64,000 nt of DNA. It comes from Candidatus Omnitrophota bacterium. GTDB lineage: Bacteria > Omnitrophota > Gorgyraeia > Zapsychrales > Zapsychraceae. Positions 9,930-17,663 of this stretch are shown one piece after another; the stretch's first letter is position 1; the number at the start of each line of letters is the position of its first letter. Position numbers and translations under genes: made by a program. The stretch is taken from positions 702,361-766,360 of the forward strand of contig JBFWOS010000001.1 of NCBI GenBank assembly GCA_050250375.1, given 5' to 3'. The notes below the pieces were generated by a model. The model was not told where the DNA came from. It did no database searches and saw only the letters and a list, made by a program, of their open reading frames with translations.

Positions 9930-10490
9930 CTATCTATTTTCTTCAATCCAATCATGCGCAAGCTTATTAATTCGTTTAATCTGTTCTGGGGTTAAGCTTC
10001 GCATGATTTGATCTCGTAAACCACGGGCTCTCCATTTGGCCTGCATATCTGAAGATAGCTGCGTGTAAAACCGAGCAATCTCGAGCCAGAAATATGCTTT
10101 TTCAAAAGATTGTTCAATATTATCGCCGTCTCCATACATTACTGCCAAATTAATCATTCCCCTTGGATCTCCGGCATTGGCAGCCTCTTTATATAGAGAT
10201 ATTGCTTTTTCATTATCTTCTGCAACACCTAAACCCAAGTCATACATATAGCCTAAGTTAGTTTTCGCATATGATAAGTCCTGATCCACAGCCTTTTGAT
10301 AATACATAACAGCCTTCTCATAATCTTGCGGAACACCATCTCCAAATTGATATCTGCTTCCCATATTATTTAACCCAGCACCTTCTCCCATCGCCGCTAA
10401 TTTTTGATCCTCAGATAAACTAGAAGCAGTCACAGTTGCGCAGCCACTTAGAAGTAAAGAAAAAATTAACAAATAAATTTGCTTGCTCAT
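9930..10490 (-). CDS. Sel1-repeat lipoprotein
   Basis: Lipobox LLLSGC. Tandem Sel1-like repeats (GVPQDYEKAVMYYQKAVDQ, GVAEDNEKAISLYKEAANAG). Confidence 0.75.
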   Translation of the reverse strand: MSKQIYLLIFSLLLSGCATVTASSLSEDQKLAAMGEGAGLNNMGSRYQFGDGVPQDYEKAVMYYQKAVDQDLSYAKTNLGYMYDLGLGVAEDNEKAISLYKEAANAGDPRGMINLAVMYGDGDNIEQSFEKAYFWLEIARFYTQLSSDMQAKWRARGLRDQIMRSLTPEQIKRINKLAHDWIEENR

Positions 10491-10557
10491 AATATTTTAT
10501 CCTACACTTATACGATGGACACACCGCTTAAGTAGTGGCATTACATTACTTAACTAC

Positions 10558-10697
10558 TGGTCAATCCCCTTCAACTTCAAAAAATCGCGGACGGTTTGGA
10601 CGACATAATCCATCTGGTTCAATTCAAGGTCCTGGTGGATGCCGATATGGGTGCCGCGGGCGGAGCAGTATTCGGCTTCCCGGGACGTACTTAATTA
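10558..10697 (-). pseudogene. Relic of the last ~43 codons of a DegT/ColD-family gene, a diverged copy of the 3-prime end of the gene at 12222..13475
   Basis: Translates to EAEYCSARGTHIGIHQDLELNQMDYVVQTVRDFLKLKGIDQ*. The intact gene ends EAEYCAGHGTHIGIHQDIELNQLDYVAQTVRDFLKAKGINR*. About 80 percent nt identity over ~140 bp. In frame directly behind the Fic stop codon. Confidence 0.6.
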
Positions 10698-11894
10698 TTG
10701 ATTCAGTCCGCTGTCCTCTTTTAATGAGTAACTCGTGCTGCGGCCGCCGGCCGGGTCCTTAACCAAAACACCTTTTCCAACAAGATCAAGAATGTCCCGA
10801 TGAGCGGTATCCTGCGAACACTTGGTGATTTTCGCCCATTTTGAAGTGGTCAGTTTACCCTCAAAACTGTCAAACAACTTGTTGATCATTGTCTTCTGGC
10901 GTTCGTTAATGGATCCAGCCGGAAGAGAATCCCAGAAGCGCACCTTTTTGAACACACCGGACAATGTGGTTTCGGTTGTGTCCAGCGCCCGGCCCAAACA
11001 ATTTAAAAACCACACCAGCCACGCCGTGATATCAATGCCGTCTTTTGCGGCATGGATACTTTTCTGTGTCTTTTCAAGAATATCGTAATAGGCATTCCGT
11101 TCCTGCCGGATATGGTTCGACATGCTGTAAAAACGCTCCCGGCTGCCGTCGGCGCGCGCCAGCTGCATATCGGCAATGGCCCGGGCTATACGGCCGTTGC
11201 CGTCATCAAAAGGGTGAAGCGTCACGAACCACAAATGCGCGATACCCGCCTTGAGCACGGGGTCCAAGTCCTTCGATCCACCTGTGGTGAGCGAAGGCCT
11301 TCGACCTTGCGCAGGCCGAGCCGAACCATTGAACCAAGCCAGAAATTCCTTCGTTTCACTCTTGAGGCGGCCGGCTTCCGGCGCTTCATAATGGACCTTC
11401 TCCCGGCCAACAGGACCGGACACAACTCGCATGGGGCCATGACGGTCGTCGCGCCAGGCGCCAACGGTAATTTTATGCATTCCACTGTGTCCGGTCGGAA
11501 ACAAACCGGCCTGCCAGCCAAACATTCGATCCTGGGTAAGGGGCTTGTCGAAATTCTGAGTGGCATCGAGCATCATTTCCACCACCCCGTCCACGTGACG
11601 ATCAGACGGCACAAGCCCTCCAATGTCCATACCCAGCCTTCGCGCGATGGATGAGCGCACTTTGGCCGGATCAAGGACCTCCCCCTCAATTTCACTGCTT
11701 TTTAAAACGTCAAGAGTGAGCGTCTGTAAAACGGCCTCCGAACGCAAAGAAAATCCCAGCGTTTCCATGCGTCCGATCAATCGCCCCTGCCGGTTGCGCA
11801 CGGGACCTAATATCGACGTGATTTTTTCATGATCCCATGTAAACGTCGGCCAAATATCTAATTCATGGATGTATTTCATCCCGGTTCCCTTCAT
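10695..11894 (-). CDS. Fic-family protein (DUF4172-type N-domain, Fic core, C-terminal winged helix)
   Basis: Canonical Fic motif HPFDDGNGRIARA. The true start is probably the second Met (MKYIHELD, 11879), which is preceded by AAGGGAA. Confidence 0.9.
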   Translation of the reverse strand: MKGTGMKYIHELDIWPTFTWDHEKITSILGPVRNRQGRLIGRMETLGFSLRSEAVLQTLTLDVLKSSEIEGEVLDPAKVRSSIARRLGMDIGGLVPSDRHVDGVVEMMLDATQNFDKPLTQDRMFGWQAGLFPTGHSGMHKITVGAWRDDRHGPMRVVSGPVGREKVHYEAPEAGRLKSETKEFLAWFNGSARPAQGRRPSLTTGGSKDLDPVLKAGIAHLWFVTLHPFDDGNGRIARAIADMQLARADGSRERFYSMSNHIRQERNAYYDILEKTQKSIHAAKDGIDITAWLVWFLNCLGRALDTTETTLSGVFKKVRFWDSLPAGSINERQKTMINKLFDSFEGKLTTSKWAKITKCSQDTAHRDILDLVGKGVLVKDPAGGRSTSYSLKEDSGLNQ

Positions 11895-11919
11895 GTTTTA
11901 AGCGGCAAACAAACGACAC

Positions 11920-12142
11920 ATTCTCCGCATTTTCTGCGTAGAATATAACACATATTCTCCGCATTAACAAGCGGTATTTCAGACTAAAGAAGATGATCTT
12001 GTCGTAAAAAATACCTGCTTTTGCGGCAGAGTAAATTGATTATATATATGTAAGATATTAAAATATAACAACTTGAGATGGGTTGTTTAAACCACGTGTA
12101 TACGCTTAACCTTTGCGGAGATTAGGCCCATTATTCTCCGCA
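11920..12142 (-). promoter_or_regulatory. Array of ATTCTCCGCAT direct repeats (11920, 11954, 12133) plus one inverted partial copy (TGCGGAGAT at 12114) in the Fic upstream region
   Basis: An 11-mer is identical in three copies with similar flanks (acaCATTCTCCGCAT / acaTATTCTCCGCAT / catTATTCTCCGCAT). An A/T-rich stretch lies between them. Confidence 0.5.
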
Positions 12143-12221
12143 TATCCGGCTCTAATCCCAGGGGCACGTACCCTGTCTTTGGGAAGGGGAGTCCCGGTTT
12201 CGGGACAGAACTACAGCTTTT

Positions 12222-13475
12222 TTACCGGTTAATCCCCTTCGCCTTGAGAAAATCGCGGACGGTCTGGGCGACGTAATCCAGCTGGTTCAGCTCGATGTCC
12301 TGGTGGATCCCGATATGGGTGCCGTGGCCGGCGCAATATTCCGCCTCGGGGAATTCACCTTGTTTATGCCCCATAAAGCCGTAACTCGGGCACTGGGTCG
12401 GGATGGAGGAAAATAAATTTCTTGAGTCGATCCCCTGCTGTTCGATGTGTTGCACGAATTCGTCTTTCGTAAACGGGCAGTTTTCTTTCAGGATGATCGA
12501 GAAGGCATGCGGCCCGATTTTTTCATGTTCCTGTTCATGCAATGTGATAAAAAATTCCTGAAAATCCCTGAACAGGTTGATCAGATACAATAAATTCCGG
12601 CGGCGTTTGCCCAGGATATCCTGAAAGATGTCGATATTACCCAGACCGACAGCCGCTTCCATTTCGTTCATCTTGGCGGAAAAACCGATCCGCTGGAACT
12701 CAAATTTGTTGACGATGCCGTGGTTGCGCAGCGACTGCATGGCCTGGGCTTTTTTCTCGTCGTTGGTGATGATGATCCCGCCTTCAATCGTGGTCACGAT
12801 ATGGGCGGCGTAAAGGCTGAAGGCGGCCATGTCGCCGATCGAGCCGATCTTCTTCCCTTTATATTCCGCGCCATGCGCCTCGGCCGCGTCTTCGATAACG
12901 ATCAGGTTATGTTTCTTGGCGATGGCCATGATCTTATCCATCTCGGCCGGTTTGCCCATCAGATGCACGGGCATGAGGGCGCGCGTTTTTTGGGTGATCG
13001 CTTTTTCAATCAGGTCCGGATTGATATTCAGCGTGTGCCGGTCGACATCCACAAACACAGGCGTTAACCCGGCCTGCAGGACGGCATTGGCGGTAGCGAC
13101 AAAGGTCAGCGCCGGGATGATCACCTCATCCCCGCGTTGGGCGCCGTAATCATACAGCACCGCGCAGGCAATCGCGTCGGCGTCGGTCCCGCTGCTGACG
13201 GCCACGGCGTATTTCACGCCGAACAGTTTGGCGAAACGTTCTTCGAACTCCTGCACAAAACGCCCGCGCGTCAGCCATTTTGACCGCAACGCCTCCTGGA
13301 TCAGCTCAACGGAGCGGTCCGTCAGGGAAACGGTCCCGAACGGGACCTTGAAATCTTTCTTAGCCGACATGGCTGAACTATTTTCCATTCCTAAAGAACT
13401 CCATGGCTTTTTCGTAGCGCTCCGGCGTGCCGATGTCAAAAAATTCGCCTTTGGACTTAAACCCGTACAAACCAT
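12222..13475 (-). CDS. ColD/E1(DdhC, RfbH)-type PMP-dependent NDP-4-keto-6-deoxy-sugar 3-dehydrase
   Basis: DegT fold in which the Schiff-base Lys is replaced by His (FSLYAAHIVTTIEGG, cf. ColD/E1 FY.HHI.TMEGG). C-terminal Cys residues are present. The start is more likely an internal Met (13388 or 13370), because the track start overlaps the upstream gene by 98 nt. Confidence 0.8.
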   Translation of the reverse strand: MVCTGLSPKANFLTSARRSATKKPWSSLGMENSSAMSAKKDFKVPFGTVSLTDRSVELIQEALRSKWLTRGRFVQEFEERFAKLFGVKYAVAVSSGTDADAIACAVLYDYGAQRGDEVIIPALTFVATANAVLQAGLTPVFVDVDRHTLNINPDLIEKAITQKTRALMPVHLMGKPAEMDKIMAIAKKHNLIVIEDAAEAHGAEYKGKKIGSIGDMAAFSLYAAHIVTTIEGGIIITNDEKKAQAMQSLRNHGIVNKFEFQRIGFSAKMNEMEAAVGLGNIDIFQDILGKRRRNLLYLINLFRDFQEFFITLHEQEHEKIGPHAFSIILKENCPFTKDEFVQHIEQQGIDSRNLFSSIPTQCPSYGFMGHKQGEFPEAEYCAGHGTHIGIHQDIELNQLDYVAQTVRDFLKAKGINR

Positions 13476-14088
13476 CTTCGATCAGGGAGGGAAACACATC
13501 GTATTCCAACGAAAACTTTCCTTCTTCGGGCATCATCTCAAACACATCCTGGTTGAAACAATACCGCCCGGCGTTAATAAAGGCCGCGCCTTTGTCTTTT
13601 TTTTCTTCAAAGGCCAGGATCCGGTCGGAGTCGTCCATCGTCAGGCTCCCGTAGTCTTTGCTGTCTTCCATCCGCGCGGCCACCATAGACGCGGCCGCTT
13701 TCTTGGACCGGTGGAATTCGGCAAATTTCTTAAAGTCGACCTCGCAGTAACAATCCCCGTTTAACACAAAAAACGGATCGCTTTCAACGATGGGCTGGGC
13801 GTTCTTAACCGCGCCGCCGGTCCCGAGCGGTTCTTCTTCCCGGGAAAAATCGACGACGAAATCCCGGTCGTTCTTCCGGTAATAATCTTCGATCCACTGG
13901 GCCTTGTATCCGGTGCACAGGACAAAACGCTGAAAGCCCTGCTCATATAATTTTTCCATGACGATATCCAGAAACGGCCGCTCTTCAAACTGGACCATGA
14001 CCTTGGGCGTGTCGGGGTCAATGCTTCTCAAACGTTTGCCTAACCCGCCGCACAGGATAACGACATCAAGATTCTCCAGCATTGTCAT
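13378..14088 (-). CDS. Sugar-1-phosphate nucleotidyltransferase (HddC/GDP-heptose guanylyltransferase-like)
   Basis: VVILCGGLGKRLR nucleotidyltransferase motif. Start chosen at MTMLENLD because the track N-extension overlaps the kinase gene. Confidence 0.8.
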   Translation of the reverse strand: MTMLENLDVVILCGGLGKRLRSIDPDTPKVMVQFEERPFLDIVMEKLYEQGFQRFVLCTGYKAQWIEDYYRKNDRDFVVDFSREEEPLGTGGAVKNAQPIVESDPFFVLNGDCYCEVDFKKFAEFHRSKKAAASMVAARMEDSKDYGSLTMDDSDRILAFEEKKDKGAAFINAGRYCFNQDVFEMMPEEGKFSLEYDVFPSLIEDGLYGFKSKGEFFDIGTPERYEKAMEFFRNGK

Positions 14089-15076
14089 ATTCTCCGTTCG
14101 GTTGATAAAAAATAATCTGGCTGCCCAGGCTCTCGAATTCAAACGGTACCAGGAGCAAATCCTTTAATTTTTCCCTGACCTTCTTCTGTTTCTCCGGGGG
14201 GACAAATAATAATACGAACCCGCCTCCGCCCGCCCCGAGCAATTTTCCGCCGACCGCGCCGGACGCCTTGGCCGAGTCATAAATCTCGTCAATCATCGGG
14301 GTCGAAATCTTGTCGGAGAGTTTTCTCTTGATCTGCCAGCCCTCATCGAGGAGTTCGCCGAATTCTTTGAGCCGGTCTTCCTTGAGCAGTTCAAGCCCCC
14401 TGACCGCCATTGCGTGCATGGCCTTCAACTCCGGTTTCTTTTTGGGGATATTTTTAATCTGATGGGCCGCGATCACCGAGGCGGTCCGGGAAAACCCGGT
14501 AAAAAATAACATCAAATGGTCCTGAAACCGCTTCAAGCGGTCCGAGGGAATAATCACCTTGTTGACCTGCAGAAGCTGGCTCCCGCCGAATTCAATAAAA
14601 TTAAATCCTCCGTAAGCCGCCAGCGCCTGGTCCTGGCAGCCGACATTTTCATGGCACATCTGCTGTTCGATATAAATGGCCTCTTCCGTCAGTTTGGACT
14701 TGCTCGTCATCCGTCCCAGCAGGGCGTAAAGGCTGTTTAACAATCCGACGGTGAATGAAGAACTTGAACCCAGGCCGGTCCGGGCCGGCAAATCGCCGTC
14801 GTGGTGGATCTCGATCCCTTTATGGATGTCCAGGTATCGAAGGACTTCCCGCACGGCCGGGTGATCAATATCATTGATTTCGGAAACATGTTCCATCTTG
14901 GAGTAGATGATCCTGGACTTATGGTCGAAGAACGGCGGCAGGTACCGGCAGGTGATATAACAATATTTATTAATCGTCGTTGCCAGGACAGCCCCGGGGT
15001 TGTTTTCAAACCAGGCCGGATAATCCGTCCCTCCTCCGAAAAACGACATGCGAAATGGTGTGCGGCTGATGATCAT
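14066..15076 (-). CDS. GHMP-family sugar kinase (HddA-like D-glycero-D-manno-heptose 7-phosphate kinase / fucokinase-like)
   Basis: MIISRTPFRMSFFGGGTDYP N-terminus. GHMP motif PARTGLGSSSSFTVG. Confidence 0.8.
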   Translation of the reverse strand: MIISRTPFRMSFFGGGTDYPAWFENNPGAVLATTINKYCYITCRYLPPFFDHKSRIIYSKMEHVSEINDIDHPAVREVLRYLDIHKGIEIHHDGDLPARTGLGSSSSFTVGLLNSLYALLGRMTSKSKLTEEAIYIEQQMCHENVGCQDQALAAYGGFNFIEFGGSQLLQVNKVIIPSDRLKRFQDHLMLFFTGFSRTASVIAAHQIKNIPKKKPELKAMHAMAVRGLELLKEDRLKEFGELLDEGWQIKRKLSDKISTPMIDEIYDSAKASGAVGGKLLGAGGGGFVLLFVPPEKQKKVREKLKDLLLVPFEFESLGSQIIFYQPNGEYDNAGES

Positions 15077-16584
15077 ACCGGCTTCCTCTCCTCCAGGATT
15101 TTTCTCTTAAGTTTGATCGTGGTTGAACGGACCGTCTCATCATAGGCCGTCTGGCCGAATTTGGTTTTGAGCAGATCCAGGAATTGGCTGTTCGTGTGAT
15201 ATTTCATCCAGGCCTCGTCCCGGAAGGCGAGCACTTCCTGCGCCGAGAGATATTTCGTCGGCAGCGGCAGCTGATGATAGGAATGCTGGGAATACCCCGT
15301 ATACGTGTCCGGAAGTTTCCAGCCCTTTTCAAGCGCCATGCCGTACAGCGGACTGCCGGGGTACGCCATAGCCGAATAAAAATTGGCCTCTTCGGTGTTC
15401 ATCTCCATCGCCAGGTCCAGGGTCGTCTGCATGCTCTGGTGATCATCCTCGGGAAGGCCGAAAATGTAATTGGCGATGACGTTGATGTCATGCTCCCGGA
15501 TTTTCCCGACCACGTCCCTGATGTCGACATCTTCAAACCGGCCTTTGGTGACATCCTTGCGCACCCGGGTATTGCCGCTTTCGATGCCCAGGGCCAGCCA
15601 ATTGACACCGGCTTTTTTGAGGGTCTCGAGAAATTTTTCTTTGACCGTGTCCACCCGGGAATAACACCAGATGTTGAATTTGTATTTCCGTTCGATGATC
15701 AGTTCACACAGCTTCATAAAATGATTTGAGTTCAGGACGAACAGTTCGTCGGCGATCTTGATATTGGTGATCCCGCGTTTGGCGAGTTCATCAAATTCTC
15801 CAATGATGAATTCCGGGTCCCAGTAACGGAACACGGCACTTCCGTCGGAATACTGGTTTTCCTGCCGGTTGATGATGTTGATCATGCAAAACGAACATTT
15901 CATCGGGCAGCCGAGGCTGGTGTACAAGGCCGCGAACGGCTGGCGTTGGGAACCGTTCGGGTACGAATGCCACAGGCTTGTCCGGTAATTTTTCATCGGC
16001 AGTTTGTCCCAGGGAATACCCGGCAGTTCTTTGGGCAGGTCCGCCTTCTCGACGATCGGGGAGGGCGCGTTTAACACGACTGTTCCGTCCTGCCTGTATC
16101 CGAGTCCGGGAACGGCACTAAGTTTGTCTTTCAAATTGGTCTTAAGCAAAGTGGAAATCGTGTAAACCCCTTCGTTCTGGCAGACAAAATCGATGCACGC
16201 GTGATTCTCCAGCACTTCGCGGGATAACGCGGCGATGTGGCCCCCGACAAACAGAATCTTTACCTCCGGCAAGATATTCCTGAGCTCCTGCGCGAGCGCG
16301 ACGGCGCCTTCCATATTCTGCGAACTCGCGGACGGCTGCTGGCCGTAAACGACAAAACAGGCCACCTTCGGCTTTATCTCCTTGATCTTCCGGGCTGATT
16401 CTTCATCCGTTAAGTGCAGGGCCTCACAGTCGAGGATGTCCGCCGAAAACCCTCTCGAGAGACAGTGGCTGGTCAGCATACCGGCCCAGATCGGCGGCTC
16501 AATGGCAGAAAAATCTTTGCTTAAATCCTGGTAGATTTTATGCGAGGCATTGGGATGAACAAATAAAATATCAAGCTGTCCCAT
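15073..16584 (-). CDS. Cobalamin(B12)-binding radical SAM protein (class B rSAM)
   Basis: N-terminal B12-binding Rossmann-like domain (KILFVGGHIAAL). CPMKCSFC radical SAM cluster motif. 503 aa. 4-nt overlap with the kinase gene. Confidence 0.85.
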   Translation of the reverse strand: MGQLDILFVHPNASHKIYQDLSKDFSAIEPPIWAGMLTSHCLSRGFSADILDCEALHLTDEESARKIKEIKPKVACFVVYGQQPSASSQNMEGAVALAQELRNILPEVKILFVGGHIAALSREVLENHACIDFVCQNEGVYTISTLLKTNLKDKLSAVPGLGYRQDGTVVLNAPSPIVEKADLPKELPGIPWDKLPMKNYRTSLWHSYPNGSQRQPFAALYTSLGCPMKCSFCMINIINRQENQYSDGSAVFRYWDPEFIIGEFDELAKRGITNIKIADELFVLNSNHFMKLCELIIERKYKFNIWCYSRVDTVKEKFLETLKKAGVNWLALGIESGNTRVRKDVTKGRFEDVDIRDVVGKIREHDINVIANYIFGLPEDDHQSMQTTLDLAMEMNTEEANFYSAMAYPGSPLYGMALEKGWKLPDTYTGYSQHSYHQLPLPTKYLSAQEVLAFRDEAWMKYHTNSQFLDLLKTKFGQTAYDETVRSTTIKLKRKILEERKPV

Positions 16585-16587
16585 AAC

Positions 16588-16707
16588 TCAATACTGCCTA
16601 GTTAGTAGGGCACCCGCCAAAACTTTCTGTTTTGGCGAGGCCTCGCCCAATGAACAGCGTTCATTGGGCGGGTTAGGGTGAATAAATAGAATGTCTATCT
16701 GGCTCAT
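16588..16707 (-). repeat. Nested-palindrome element plus a relic duplicate of the first 12 codons of the rSAM gene
   Basis: Three overlapping perfect palindromes: GCCAAAAC-tttct-GTTTTGGC (16616-16636), GGCGAGG/CCTCGCC (16634-16647) and CGCCCAATGAAC-agc-GTTCATTGGGCG (16644-16670). Upstream at 16707-16672 is ATG AGC CAG ATA GAC ATT CTA TTT ATT CAC CCT AAC = MSQIDILFIHPN. The real gene starts MGQLDILFVHPN, and the differences are mostly at wobble positions. Confidence 0.5.
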
Positions 16708-16715
16708 CGGCTTGT

Positions 16716-17663
16716 TTAAACGTTACTGAGTTGGGATGTCACCTGCCGGACCTTCGGGATCACCGTGTAGCCTTTAATCAACTCGGTAATACCGTCCGCC
16801 AGGGAGACATCGGGCCTGAAGCCCGTCTTTTCAATTTTTTCATTACTGACGATATAATCCCTCTTATCAGGATCTTCGCCGGCATGGGATTCACTAAAAT
16901 TAAACCCGGGCACCTGTTTTTTGATTTCTTCGCACAGCTGCAACTTGCTGATATTCGCGTCACTGAGACCTACATTATAGGGTTCATCCTTCATCTTGTC
17001 AAAATGGTCGAGGGCATGCATGAACGCCTTGGCAATATCACGGACATGGATAAAATTGCGCATAAAATGGGCCTCAAACAATTCAACCGATCCGTCAAAG
17101 ACGGCCTTGTACGTAAAATCATTCACCAGAAGATCAAGCCGCATGCGCGGCGACACACCAAAGGCCGTGGCCAGGCGCAACGTGATCCCCTCTCCGGCTT
17201 CAAGGACCATCTGTTCGGCCTGGACCTTCAGCCGGCCGTAAACCGAGATCGGTTTTAACGGTGTTTCCTCCGTGCAGAACTTTCCTTTTTCCCCGATGCC
17301 GTAACCGCTGTTGGTCGTCGGATAAATGATCTTCTGTCCCGGACGGCGCAGTTTGATGATCTCCCTGAGGGCGTCAATTATAATTTCCTCGGCTTCTTTA
17401 GGATGACGGTCGCAGATCGGCGCTCCGGTCAGACACGCCAATGGAAAAACGGCATCGGCCTGCGGAACCAGCCGCTTTAACAACGCCGCGTCCCGCGTGT
17501 CGCCCCGGACAATGGCCAGGCCTTTATGGTGACAGCAGTCCAACAGCGACGTCTGGTTATACATAAAATTATCCAGCACCGTCACGTTATGCCCGGCCTG
17601 CAAAAGACGCGGGACCATAACCGACCCCAGATATCCGGCCCCGCCGGTGATTAATATATTCAT
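16716..17663 (-). CDS. NAD(P)-dependent epimerase/dehydratase (extended SDR)
   Basis: NILITGGAGYLGS Rossmann motif and YGRLK catalytic dyad. Start taken at MNILITGG, giving an ATGA overlap with the upstream gene. Confidence 0.8.
   Translation of the reverse strand: MNILITGGAGYLGSVMVPRLLQAGHNVTVLDNFMYNQTSLLDCCHHKGLAIVRGDTRDAALLKRLVPQADAVFPLACLTGAPICDRHPKEAEEIIIDALREIIKLRRPGQKIIYPTTNSGYGIGEKGKFCTEETPLKPISVYGRLKVQAEQMVLEAGEGITLRLATAFGVSPRMRLDLLVNDFTYKAVFDGSVELFEAHFMRNFIHVRDIAKAFMHALDHFDKMKDEPYNVGLSDANISKLQLCEEIKKQVPGFNFSESHAGEDPDKRDYIVSNEKIEKTGFRPDVSLADGITELIKGYTVIPKVRQVTSQLSNV

Noticed and set aside
12186-12224. Hairpin GTCCCGGTTTCGGGAC after the ColD-like gene as a rho-independent terminator.
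   Set aside because: On the transcribed (minus) strand the hairpin is not followed by a U-tract, so it is at best a weak terminator or an RNA-stability element. Mentioned within the Fic-upstream finding only.
13378-14142. Track N-terminal extensions taken as real starts (13378..14142, 19921..20613, 50640..51128, 7272..8435, 51217..51519, 16716..17687).
   Set aside because: Each extension overlaps the upstream gene substantially or lacks an RBS. Internal Met codons with SD sequences (or 1-4 nt couplings) give the family-typical N-termini.
16588-16707. Possibility that the TGA between the ghost start and the rSAM start is a selenocysteine or readthrough codon producing an extended protein.
   Set aside because: No SECIS-like context that I can recognise. 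The extension would duplicate the N-terminal residues and translate a palindromic insert. A recombination scar is more parsimonious.
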